Below, one piece after another: positions 50,864 through 59,707 of a DNA stretch of 64,000 nucleotides. Below the pieces are notes generated by a model. That model was given only the letters and a program-made list of their open reading frames with translations, had not been told where the DNA came from and made no database searches. The stretch's first letter is position 1, and each line of letters begins with the position of its first letter. This stretch comes from Nitrospinales bacterium (lineage in GTDB: Bacteria > Nitrospinota > Nitrospinia > Nitrospinales > VA-1). Location of the stretch: positions 160,001 through 224,000 of the forward strand of contig CBDCXL010000002.1 of assembly GCA_965223795.1 (NCBI GenBank), in the 5' to 3' direction. A program made the position numbers and the translations under genes.

Positions 50864-51316
50864 GTGAACTCAGAAAATCAGACCAAATTTTTTGTCATGA
50901 ATAAGAACAATCGGTTCGACAAGACGGGGATCTTCGCCTCATCGCTGTGCCTGCTGCATTGCGCCGCGCTGTCGGTTTTTCTCCCTCTTTTTTCATTGAA
51001 TCTGCCGTTCATTCAGGACGAGCGGCTGGAAGCATCGTTTCTGATCACCGCAATCGCGATGGGCTGCGCTGCCTTTTTTCCAGCTCTGAGGGCGAAAGGA
51101 CGGACGGGAATCGGAATTCTTGGAATGGCCGGACTGGCCGGATTGATTTTTCTCGAATTTTTTTGCAAGAGCATCGAAAATGAAATCCTTCGTTTCACTC
51201 TGTCGCTTCCTTTTTTTGCGATGCTCTTAAAAGCTCATATGATGAATATCCGTGTTTGTAAAGAGTGCGCCTCAAAAAATGTGCTGTCAAAGCTCTCTCT
51301 TTTTTCTCCCATTTGA
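50864..51316 (+). CDS. MerC-domain membrane protein
   Basis: D..GI.AS.LC..HC MerC signature; four TM segments. Start 50864 (GTG) or 50897. Confidence 0.7.
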   Translation: MNSENQTKFFVMNKNNRFDKTGIFASSLCLLHCAALSVFLPLFSLNLPFIQDERLEASFLITAIAMGCAAFFPALRAKGRTGIGILGMAGLAGLIFLEFFCKSIENEILRFTLSLPFFAMLLKAHMMNIRVCKECASKNVLSKLSLFSPI

Positions 51317-51522
51317 AGCTCACACTCAAGCCGGTCGCAATTTTTTTTCACAGCGCGCCGCTTTCTTTTCAATTAATTCATATGAAATTTATATAAAACT
51401 AAGACTTTTGTGAGCTAGCTCCTGTGGGGTGAAGGGCGGGGTCTGTTACCTTCAGAGACAGTCTAAATTTCCATCCGGGAAACGGACTCCCGGAGCCAAC
51501 CTTCATCCCTCGAGGAAAGAAC

Positions 51523-51714
51523 ATGAATCGATTCTGGAGTGTGCCCCTTGTCATCCTGTTTGTCGCTTTCGTGAGCTTCAGCGTGGCCGGCTGTTCGTCG
51601 ACCCCGTCCAACGAAACGTCTTCCTACGACAAGACCAAAAAAACCACGGCCAAAGACCGCATGCCCAAACGCGCTCCCACTTCCAACTCGGGATTCGGCG
51701 GCTACCGCTACTGA
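51523..51714 (+). CDS. Small lipoprotein 1
   Basis: GAGGA SD, signal peptide with lipobox VAGC, 63 aa. Confidence 0.7.
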   Translation: MNRFWSVPLVILFVAFVSFSVAGCSSTPSNETSSYDKTKKTTAKDRMPKRAPTSNSGFGGYRY

Positions 51715-51843
51715 GCGGCTGTGTCCGGACAATAGTGCGTTTACTATTCTGTAAGGATTCACATATTCACGAGACAACCCATCATTCTCCCCGCATCACC
51801 GCTCGGTGTGCGGGGTAAAACCCTGCAATCGGAGAATCACAGA

Positions 51844-52017
51844 ATGAAACGTTTCAAGTGGAGTGTGGGATTGCTGCTGCTCGTGGTGGGTTTTCTCGTT
51901 CTGGGAGGGTCGGGCTGCACCAGTTCGCCGGACTCAAGAACCTCTTCCTACGAAAAAGACAAGGCGGGCAAGAAAACCAGCCGGGCGCCTTACCGGCGCG
52001 AGGGATCGGGCTATTGA
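51844..52017 (+). CDS. Small lipoprotein 2 (paralogue of 51523..51714)
   Basis: GGAG SD, signal peptide with GSGC, shared TSSY(D/E)K, RAP and C-terminal G-rich...Y. Confidence 0.65.
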   Translation: MKRFKWSVGLLLLVVGFLVLGGSGCTSSPDSRTSSYEKDKAGKKTSRAPYRREGSGY

Positions 52018-52088
52018 ACGCAGCCCGCGGTTGAGTTTCCCCGCAGTTTCAAGTGGAATGACCGGGGTGAAACGCGGCCGGTTTCCCG

Positions 52089-53870
52089 TCAGGCGGGGGC
52101 CAGGGCGTTGAGGCGTTCTCGGATGTTGTCTTTCTGGTGATGGCCTAAATACAGCAGGCCGTCGGAAAGAGAATAGTTATCCGGGAACGTCATCACTTCC
52201 CGTCCCAGCTTCTCGATCACTTCCTGATACAGCTCGGTGGCCTCTGCGGCGGTCATGCCCACTTTGCCCTCATAGGAATATCCGAGGCTGAGGTCGTGTT
52301 CGGGCGGGCTGTAGATGCGGGTGATCTGCCACTCGGCAGGATTCTTCTCCATGGGCGTGCCTTTTTCCAGGTCGAACACCGACGCAATGCAGGAGAAGCC
52401 GGGCGAGTCGAGCACACGCTGGTTGTTGAGCACGAAGTTCACCGAATCCATCGCTTCCTCGCGGGTTTCGGTCGGGAAGCCGACGATCAGGTAGAAGTGC
52501 ATGGCGATGCCGATGCGCAGACACTGCTCGACCGTTTCGTCGATCACTTCCAGGTCCACGCCCTTGTACATGGCGTCGAGCACGCGCTGGTTGTAGGACT
52601 CCAGACCGAAGATCAGCTTCCTGCAGCCGGACCGGTACAACAGCTCCATGCGGTTTTCCTTCAGCAGGCTCTTCTCAAATTTCAATTCTCCGGTCCACTG
52701 CACGTCGACGTTCTGCTCCACCAGTTTCCGGGCGAAGGTCTTGAGGAAATTGATCGGCAGCGCTTCGTCTGTGAAAAAGAAATAATTGCAGTTGTATTTC
52801 TCCTTCAGGTTCTTGAAGTCGTTGACCACGTTTTCCGCGTAGCGGACGTGAAAGTCCATGTGGTCGAAGGGAATCGAGCAGAAGGCGCAGCGTTCCCAGT
52901 AGCAGCCGCGCGAGCCCATGACGGGCAGCACCCGTTCGGGTGAAAAATAAAGGTCCAGCGGGAAGCCGTCGAAGTCCGGCGTCGGCAGCGCGTTGAGCTC
53001 CTCCTTGGCGAAGGGACGGTTGACCTGCACCTTGTCGCCGGGCTTGTAGACCAGGTTGGGCACCCTGGAAAGATCGCCCTCACCGCGCAACTGCTCCACG
53101 AGCCTGAGCAGAGGCGTTTCGCCCTCGTGCACGATGAAGCTGTCGACGTAATCGAACAGCGGCGACCCGTCTTTCTCCAGCCGGTCCACCAGTTTGGTGA
53201 ACACGCTGCCGCCCACGGTGATGTGAATTTCCGGCCGTTCCTTTTTGACCAGGTGCGCCAGCGTCAAGCCCGGAATGATCTGTTCGACCGAAGTGATGGA
53301 AATGCCCAGGATGTCGATGTCCTCTTTCAGGATCGAGGGCAGATACCACTTCTTGTACAGATCGTAAAAATAGTTTTCTTCCGGGTGCTGGAACGATTCA
53401 AGGATTTCCTTTGAGGAATACGGGGTGAAGCGCAGCTGGCTGCCGATGACGGTGAGCTGCGAAGGATAGTACGGCGCCAGGATGTTGTCGAGCCACACGT
53501 CGATGATCTTGAGGCTTTCCATGTAGCGGTCGAGATCGTAAAAATCCTCGCAGCGCAGCGACCGCGTGGCGCCGTCGATCTGGTCCTTCAACGCGGGGAT
53601 GATCTCCTCCGCTTCCCGCAGTTTGGCGAACTTTTCCTTCTCGAACTGGCTGTGCACGGTTTTCGCGTTCAGCGCGTTCAACTCCTCGACGATTTTCTCG
53701 TACAGGGGCTTTGTCTTTTCCCAGGTGCACAGATCGCTGAGAAGCTCGATGGCGAGATCCCGCTGCACGACATCGTGGATGCCGTTCTGCGCGAGGAACG
53801 CCTTGAGGCTGGGCAGGCTGAGATAAGGCTGAGAAGGATGCCAGGAAGATGGGAAAACCAGATATATCAT
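52089..53870 (-). CDS. B12-binding radical SAM protein
   Basis: N-terminal PYLSLP.L, GISI...Q, I.VGG, EGE B12-binding region; SRGCYWERCAFC; GLES; GFPTET. Confidence 0.87.
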   Translation of the reverse strand: MIYLVFPSSWHPSQPYLSLPSLKAFLAQNGIHDVVQRDLAIELLSDLCTWEKTKPLYEKIVEELNALNAKTVHSQFEKEKFAKLREAEEIIPALKDQIDGATRSLRCEDFYDLDRYMESLKIIDVWLDNILAPYYPSQLTVIGSQLRFTPYSSKEILESFQHPEENYFYDLYKKWYLPSILKEDIDILGISITSVEQIIPGLTLAHLVKKERPEIHITVGGSVFTKLVDRLEKDGSPLFDYVDSFIVHEGETPLLRLVEQLRGEGDLSRVPNLVYKPGDKVQVNRPFAKEELNALPTPDFDGFPLDLYFSPERVLPVMGSRGCYWERCAFCSIPFDHMDFHVRYAENVVNDFKNLKEKYNCNYFFFTDEALPINFLKTFARKLVEQNVDVQWTGELKFEKSLLKENRMELLYRSGCRKLIFGLESYNQRVLDAMYKGVDLEVIDETVEQCLRIGIAMHFYLIVGFPTETREEAMDSVNFVLNNQRVLDSPGFSCIASVFDLEKGTPMEKNPAEWQITRIYSPPEHDLSLGYSYEGKVGMTAAEATELYQEVIEKLGREVMTFPDNYSLSDGLLYLGHHQKDNIRERLNALAPA

Positions 53871-53897
53871 TGCACCGGTCCGAAGTTTATGGATGCG

Positions 53898-54215
53898 TTA
53901 CGGCTTGGGCGCCATGAAGACCAGCATCACCAGTTTTTCATTCGTGTGGTTGACCACGCCGTGATCCTGCCCGGTCGGGGCGATGGTGATCTCGTCCGCG
54001 GAAAGCTCGCGCTCCTCATCGCCGACAGTCACCTTGCCCTTCCCTTCCAGAACGTAATAAATCTTGTCCGAATCCGCATGGGAGTGGACTTTCTGGGTCT
54101 GGCCGGGCTCAAAACAATATACATCACAAAAGAAATTATCCGTATCGAATAGCGAGACCTTTTTCAGTTTTTCGGGATTGAAGGCCACCGCGTCGCGAAC
54201 TTTGACGACTTTCAT
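53898..54215 (-). CDS. Cupin-domain protein
   Basis: PGQ...HSH...K.YYVLEG.G and P.G..HGV.N cupin motifs. Confidence 0.85.
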   Translation of the reverse strand: MKVVKVRDAVAFNPEKLKKVSLFDTDNFFCDVYCFEPGQTQKVHSHADSDKIYYVLEGKGKVTVGDEERELSADEITIAPTGQDHGVVNHTNEKLVMLVFMAPKP

Positions 54216-54575
54216 AATTTTAGCGCATTCCTGAATGGATAAACGGGGAAAACAACACCCTTTCCGGGGCCGGCTCTGCGATCGGCATACGGCCTCGAAC
54301 GGAGCCCGCTCGAATCCGCGGGAAGCCGCCGGAAAGCATTTTTAAAACATAAGTTTAGCCAATTCTAGCACAGATGCCCGGCCGGTCCAGCAAAAACCGC
54401 TTCGGCGTTCCGGAAAGGGCGCTGCGCTATTGACTTCCCTCATCAGATCCACTATTTTTTAAACGGTCCTTCAAACGCCTGCGGCCTTCCAAAACACGGA
54501 CCGCACCTTTTGAAACAGGTTGCGATGGAGTTTTTAGGGCCGCAAACGGCGGCAAAACCAGGGTCATACCGAAAA

Positions 54576-54653
54576 CGGGACGTGGCGCAGTCTGGTTAGC
54601 GTACTTGACTGGGGGTCAAGTGGTCGGAGGTTCAAATCCTCTCGTCCCGACCA
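54576..54653 (+). tRNA. tRNA-Pro(GGG)
   Basis: CGGGACG/CGTCCCG acceptor stem, anticodon stem CTTGA/TCAAG with loop CT-GGG-GG, GGTTCAAATCC T-arm, encoded CCA. Confidence 0.96.
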
Positions 54654-54691
54654 TATAAACAAGGGGTTGGCAGTCTTCATTCTCACTCACA

Positions 54692-55750
54692 TCATCCCGA
54701 TGAAGCCGTTTTGAAGCCAAACGGCTTGAGTTTTGAGATTGTTTTCCTCTTGGCTGTTGTGTCCAGGTGAGCGTAGCGCCGGGTGCTTGAAAGATCCTTG
54801 TGCCCGGCCAGCTCCGCTACCCTCTCCAACTGCTCGCCTTGCTGGAACAGCTTGCTGCAGAAATCGTGTCTCAAATCGTGGACACGGAAATCATGAATAC
54901 CGCAGCGAACCATTTCCCGCTTGAAAGCCTGGCTGAACGTCTGCGGTTTCAACGGCCTCCCATCCAATTGAAACACTTCATCATACGCTTGATTTCTTTG
55001 GGGTGAAAACGCCAATTTCAAGAGTTCCCTAAACACCCCATTCGTCATGGGTTGCAGAACAGGTTCCCCGTTTTTGGTGCGCCCGACCTCGATCACCCTT
55101 TCCCTGAAATCCAGTTTCGAGACTTTCAGTCCACAAAGATTCGACCGCCTCAACCCGGTTTCCTTGGCAATCAGAACAACCGGAAACAACCATGTGTGGG
55201 CTTTCAAAACCGGGTAAATCTTTTGCTCTTCCTCCGGCTTCAAATACCGAACCCGCTTCCGGTCGCCTTCCGGCAAATCCACCTTGTCGAACGGGGTTTT
55301 GTCCACCAGATCCCAACGCTTGAGAGCCAGCTTGAACGCATGCTTGAGCAGTTTCAGCTCGTGGTGAATGGTCACGTCTGATACAGATCTGCCCGTCTTT
55401 GACCCATTCCGCCTGTCGCTGATATAGTTCTCGATGGTGAGAGGCGTGAGCTGTTCAAGCAGAAGATCCCCGAGCCGTCGGTTCAACTGCAGAATGAAAA
55501 AACCTTCGATATGAACCGTCTCCGGTTTTTTCTTCTGCTTGCTGTATTTCTCAACGTAGAGATCCAGCAATCCTCTAACCGTAAGGAATTCTCCCTGTCG
55601 TCTGTCAAAGAACCTGCCATCCTCGATGAGCTTGAGGATTTCCCGTTCTCTTGCTCGCGCCTCGGATCGCTTCTTGCCAAGGCGACGGCAAATCGGCTTT
55701 TGTCCGGGAATTCGAAATTTTCCATACCAGGTGCCTCCGCGTTTATACAT
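54692..55750 (-). CDS. int: Tyrosine integrase
   Basis: Complete catalytic set: TGLRRSNL (R), TKNG (K), HDLRH, LAGH, RRYAH (Y). Confidence 0.93.
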   Translation of the reverse strand: MYKRGGTWYGKFRIPGQKPICRRLGKKRSEARAREREILKLIEDGRFFDRRQGEFLTVRGLLDLYVEKYSKQKKKPETVHIEGFFILQLNRRLGDLLLEQLTPLTIENYISDRRNGSKTGRSVSDVTIHHELKLLKHAFKLALKRWDLVDKTPFDKVDLPEGDRKRVRYLKPEEEQKIYPVLKAHTWLFPVVLIAKETGLRRSNLCGLKVSKLDFRERVIEVGRTKNGEPVLQPMTNGVFRELLKLAFSPQRNQAYDEVFQLDGRPLKPQTFSQAFKREMVRCGIHDFRVHDLRHDFCSKLFQQGEQLERVAELAGHKDLSSTRRYAHLDTTAKRKTISKLKPFGFKTASSG

Positions 55751-56030
55751 GCTCCCTCCTTTTTTCGGAGGTCACCCGGCCGCTATCTCGGCCGGAATTA
55801 TTGCGGAAACCCATCGAAGATCCAATCATTTTTCTTGCCTCAGACTCATAGTCCGTTGCCTCGATTCTTTTTGATTCAATAAATTCAATCATTTCTTCCA
55901 ACTTAAAAAGCAAACGGCCATACACCTTGTAATGCGGGATTTTCTTTTCGTGCACCCAATTGTAAAGCGTGCTCTTTTTGATCCCCGTGCACTCGGAAAG
56001 CGTCTTGATGTTGCAATATTGCTGAGTCAT
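55743..56030 (-). CDS. xis: Excisionase-like HTH protein
   Basis: IKTLSECTGIKKSTLYNWVHEKKIPHYKV.GRLLF winged-HTH pattern; overlaps the int start. Confidence 0.8.
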   Translation of the reverse strand: MTQQYCNIKTLSECTGIKKSTLYNWVHEKKIPHYKVYGRLLFKLEEMIEFIESKRIEATDYESEARKMIGSSMGFRNNSGRDSGRVTSEKRREHV

Positions 56031-56236
56031 TCCAAAATCTCCAAAACCTGCCCGATGAGTTCCGCCTGTTCCTGTGAGATCCGCAGGCAATGAAGGATCA
56101 CGCGCTTGGGATCCAGCACCTCGTCGCACAGCTCGCAGACGACGGTTTTGGATTCGTGGCAGATGTCGAGGCCCTGGTCGTGCAGGCAATCGATCGTTTC
56201 CACTGGAAACAAATCAATGATATTATCGGTGCTCAA
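56027..56236 (-). CDS. Small Cys/His-containing phage protein
   Basis: TTG start overlapping the upstream stop (TTGA), stop overlapping the xis ATG; C.H...C..C. Confidence 0.5.
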   Translation of the reverse strand: MSTDNIIDLFPVETIDCLHDQGLDICHESKTVVCELCDEVLDPKRVILHCLRISQEQAELIGQVLEILE

Positions 56237-56877
56237 GGTTGATACCTCGGAAATGAAATCGGCCAGACCCAGGGGTTGTGAGTCCAAATTTCCGGGCCGT
56301 GAATTGAGCAAAATGTTTCCTTAAACCAATCTACATAAGACATTTCACCTCTCTTATGATAAACAGGAAGCCCGGAGAATTCCGGCGCACCTTCTGCCCT
56401 CGCATCTGAAGGAGTAATATCCTGCAACCGCTCCAAGCGTAGATCGGTGATCGGGACAACGTGACGAGAAGAAGCCCGGTGCATGTGTATCGAAGAATAC
56501 CATTTAATATTCGTAGCAACTCTTTGCGGATCTTCGTCTGCCCAATATCTTATGAGCGGCCATGGTTTTGAATCGTCTTTGAAATCTGAGTATTCGCCGC
56601 TCTCAATGCTCCACTTTTCCTTGAACCAAAGGAGATCGCCAACTCGCCCCCAGGGGGACTTGATATCGATTGTGTGGCAGGGATCATCCTTCCTCATGAA
56701 GCGAGCCAATCCATCAATCAATCCGTCGGCTATAAAGGACCAGGCGTCCGGATTTTCATTGATCTTTTTCAGTCCACGCATTCGGCGCGTCTGGGTTTTC
56801 AGACCCGCCATGTACGATTGAATCATGGGTGTGGACATCAAAAGTCCGGTTTCTTTGGATTTGGTTTGGGTCGTCAC
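56233..56877 (-). CDS. Conserved prophage protein (ASCH/PUA-like)
   Basis: G.KTQTRR, GD.LW.KE, W.SSIHM...SR, RLERLQDI...A.AEG, W..NPWVW motifs. Confidence 0.7.
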   Translation of the reverse strand: MTTQTKSKETGLLMSTPMIQSYMAGLKTQTRRMRGLKKINENPDAWSFIADGLIDGLARFMRKDDPCHTIDIKSPWGRVGDLLWFKEKWSIESGEYSDFKDDSKPWPLIRYWADEDPQRVATNIKWYSSIHMHRASSRHVVPITDLRLERLQDITPSDARAEGAPEFSGLPVYHKRGEMSYVDWFKETFCSIHGPEIWTHNPWVWPISFPRYQP

Positions 56878-57137
56878 TTACCCTCCTGGACGAATTTTTG
56901 GCAGGCGCTCATCTTGGTGTTTTCCGCTTTTTCCGCGAGACGGTTCCACAAATAAACCTGGTCCTCTCCCTCTTCCTGGATGTAGAACCCCATCCCTGGC
57001 GCGATCCGGATGCCCATGCAAACCCAAAGGTATTTCTTCCCGTTTTTGTGGTAGTGGTTCATCCCCACAATCGACCAGTGCTTGAGCTCTCCGATCTCCC
57101 AGGGCGGTTTGAATTCTGATTGAATCATCGCGCACAA
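56874..57137 (-). CDS. Hypothetical phage protein
   Basis: Fills the gap and overlaps both neighbours in the operon. Confidence 0.5.
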   Translation of the reverse strand: MCAMIQSEFKPPWEIGELKHWSIVGMNHYHKNGKKYLWVCMGIRIAPGMGFYIQEEGEDQVYLWNRLAEKAENTKMSACQKFVQEGK

Positions 57138-57721
57138 ATCCTCGCTGTTTCCATGGCTTTGTTCAGCTCGGCCATCTTTTCGTTGAAACCGCCTTCTTTA
57201 TCCGGATGGAATATTTTCGCCAGGCCTTTGTAATGGCGTTCCGCTGTTTCCAGTGTGGAATCCGGCGTGCACCCCAGGACTTCATGCCATTCCTTTTCCT
57301 GTACCTGAACTTCCCCGCCAGGCAACGCTTTAAATCCGGTGAAAGCGGCCTCAACCATTTCCTTGGCTCCCCAACGGTCCAGACCGCGCAGCGCACCGAT
57401 TGTCAAGGCAATCGCGTGCATGTTGTGCTCGATCCGGGCCCACCGGTCACAGGGGATGCACTGGGGTTTGTCCTTCAACCTGAAATGAACGGCCACGCCC
57501 TGGTCATCGGGCTGCCTTTGGTTTGAAAGCGGAAGCCCGTCATATTTACGCAATTTCAGATTGGTTGATATGATCACGTTCCAGTCCGGAACGCCCATCA
57601 ATTTCAATTCGTGAAGAATTTCCCTGGTTGCCTTGCCGATGGAGATTTTTCCAAACCGCGCCCTTTTGGGGAATTTCGTTCGCGGCCATCCGGTGGGCCA
57701 ATTCAATGGGTATGCTTGCAT
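57125..57721 (-). CDS. Phage protein with C-terminal J-domain
   Basis: AYPL.WP.GWPRT N-terminus, DD.GVAV.F, W.EVLG...Y..LAK..HPDK.GG...M..LN.A. Confidence 0.8.
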   Translation of the reverse strand: MQAYPLNWPTGWPRTKFPKRARFGKISIGKATREILHELKLMGVPDWNVIISTNLKLRKYDGLPLSNQRQPDDQGVAVHFRLKDKPQCIPCDRWARIEHNMHAIALTIGALRGLDRWGAKEMVEAAFTGFKALPGGEVQVQEKEWHEVLGCTPDSTLETAERHYKGLAKIFHPDKEGGFNEKMAELNKAMETARICAR

Positions 57722-57904
57722 GATTTTCCTTTTTGGGAACCCCCGCCCCCGGCGTTCATGATCCGCACTTGCGTTTCCTCAAACCATAACCATTTTTTTT
57801 GAGACACTGATCACGTCACCGTCATAAAACCACCCCCTCGGTTGAATGTTCGTCATTGCCGGGGGCGGGGGAAATTCGGAATTCTCCCTTAGCAGGAAGG
57901 AGAA

Positions 57905-58390
57905 TTACTTTTTGTTTTTGACCTTTCCGCCGTTCTTGCCTTTGCCGTTTTCCTTCTTGGCGGCCTCTTCTTCCTCTGCGCGCTGCTCGTTCTCGCGGTC
58001 CTTCTCTTCCTGCAACTTCATCTGCCGTTCGTGCTCCTGGATGGGCAGAATCTCAATCGGTTCTTCGGTGTCCATGCGCACCAGTTCCTTTTCGCTCTTG
58101 TCCCAGTAGAAACGCCATTCGCACAGGATCATGCGTTCCTGCTTGGCGTCCCGGATGACGGTGTAGGCTTCGGATATCTTTGCGCGCAGCTTTTCGATCT
58201 TGCCGTCGTAATCCTTTTTGTCCGCCTTGAATTTCTGCTGCAGCAGCTCGATTTCGCGTTGGTCCCGAATGACCTGGCGCATCAACTTCAACTGCTCTTT
58301 CTCGTCCAGATCTACATAAATCGGGTGCTCTTCCTGATACCGCGTCACCTGCTCTTTCGGATTCTGCTTCATGTTCACAACTTTGCTCAT
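57905..58390 (-). CDS. Hypothetical phage coiled-coil protein
   Basis: ORF in the operon; R.DT.E......ERQ.KL motif. Confidence 0.65.
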   Translation of the reverse strand: MSKVVNMKQNPKEQVTRYQEEHPIYVDLDEKEQLKLMRQVIRDQREIELLQQKFKADKKDYDGKIEKLRAKISEAYTVIRDAKQERMILCEWRFYWDKSEKELVRMDTEEPIEILPIQEHERQMKLQEEKDRENEQRAEEEEAAKKENGKGKNGGKVKNKK

Positions 58391-58415
58391 GGGATTTGGG
58401 GGTCCTTTCGTTTTT

Positions 58416-59123
58416 TCAGCGTGACGATTTCACCGGGATCTGCTCGCACTCGAACACCACACCGGCAATTTTGACTTTCCCCTTGGTGGACTGGGCGATC
58501 CCGTCCAGGGCCTTCTGGTTCGGCAGCTTGTAATCGTCCGTCAGCTTGGCGAAGTCCACCACCCTGGCGGACCACTTTTCCCGGAATGAGGTCTTGGTTT
58601 TGGGAATGGAGGTCTGCGGCTGCGGCAGGACCAGGGTCTTGGCGCTGGGCGGCGGGGCGTTCACCACTGCGTCCGCCTCTTCCTTTTTGCCCTGCGCTTC
58701 GAGTTCCGAGGCCTCCGCCAGCCGCCGCTCGTCCTCGGCCTTCCGCGCCTGTGCCTGCCGCTCGGCTTCCTCTTTCGCCAGGCGCGCCTCTTCCTCTCTG
58801 CGCTCCTGCTCTTTCTTCTGCCGGTACTTCGCCATTTCGGTTCCGATCATCCGGCAGCCCTGGTCAATCGGATCGATCATCTTCTTGCAATCCGCGGTCA
58901 GGGCCTTGTGCGCATCGTGCGCGCGCTTGACGTGCGGGTCCATGAATTCCTTGATCGCCTTGATCTCCCTGGCGCCTTTCGAATTCAGCTCGTCGGCGCG
59001 CTGGAAATCCGCGTCCGTCTCGATCCTGAGACCGCGCGCCAGCTCCAGAAACTTGTTGCCGCGCTCGGTCAATTCCTGTTTCTGTTCCCGCTCACTGAGC
59101 GGGGCGGTTGCCGTGTCGTTCAT
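58416..59123 (-). CDS. Phage coiled-coil protein (Gp157/Gam-like, recombination module)
   Basis: Long charged helix with C-terminal VD...L...Y..PN...L...A.....I.GV; family assignment tentative. Confidence 0.55.
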   Translation of the reverse strand: MNDTATAPLSEREQKQELTERGNKFLELARGLRIETDADFQRADELNSKGAREIKAIKEFMDPHVKRAHDAHKALTADCKKMIDPIDQGCRMIGTEMAKYRQKKEQERREEEARLAKEEAERQAQARKAEDERRLAEASELEAQGKKEEADAVVNAPPPSAKTLVLPQPQTSIPKTKTSFREKWSARVVDFAKLTDDYKLPNQKALDGIAQSTKGKVKIAGVVFECEQIPVKSSR

Positions 59124-59707
59124 CGATTCCCCCTTTTGCGTTTTGCGTGGAATAAGAGAGTCGCTGCTTTAAAAATTTCAAAATCACCGGGATCGTTGTA
59201 CTCGATCACCTTGGGCAGCTTGCCGTTCTTGTTCAGATACACCCCCAGGCGAAGTGTTGAATGATGCAGGCCCCTGGCCATGGAATAACCCGCGATTTGA
59301 AACTGATATCCGTATTCTGGCGGACCGCACTTTAAATCCGGCAAAGCCTCTCTGCGCTGGCCGTCCCAATCGATATCGCCCAACTTATCCGCCGTGCCCG
59401 CATACCAGTAAATCGGATCGTGCACGCGCATTTCCGATTCCTTCACATCGAACAAATAGACGTTTTTGAATTCCAGATACGATTTCAGGTATCCGTGAAT
59501 TTCATCATCAATGCTGTCCGGGTCCAGAGTGCCGTTGTCATAGTAATGCGTTGCAAGATGAACCAGGCTCCCGCGCTCCGCATACCAGGGATCGGTCATT
59601 GAAAAATCCGGATACAATCCAACGTCTGTCAAAATCTCCGTGACGCTGGGGATGATCTTCCCATCCAGCCGGTAGGTGTGTGTCTCTTCCTCGAACTCAA
59701 GCGGCAT
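59120..59707 (-). CDS. PD-(D/E)XK exonuclease (phage recombination)
   Basis: F.E..H.Y.LDG..IPSVT.IL, RG..VH, YAGT.D, DLK.G, Q...Y. Confidence 0.8.
   Translation of the reverse strand: MPLEFEEETHTYRLDGKIIPSVTEILTDVGLYPDFSMTDPWYAERGSLVHLATHYYDNGTLDPDSIDDEIHGYLKSYLEFKNVYLFDVKESEMRVHDPIYWYAGTADKLGDIDWDGQRREALPDLKCGPPEYGYQFQIAGYSMARGLHHSTLRLGVYLNKNGKLPKVIEYNDPGDFEIFKAATLLFHAKRKRGNR

Noticed and set aside
51523..53870. RiPP cluster made of the small peptides plus the B12-radical SAM enzyme
   Set aside because: The genes are convergent, the peptides carry lipoprotein signals, and no RRE/PqqD, protease or exporter is visible.
59120..59707. Cas4/CRISPR association of the PD-(D/E)XK nuclease
   Set aside because: No four-Cys Fe-S motif, no cas genes and no repeat-spacer array seen in the window; the context is phage recombination.
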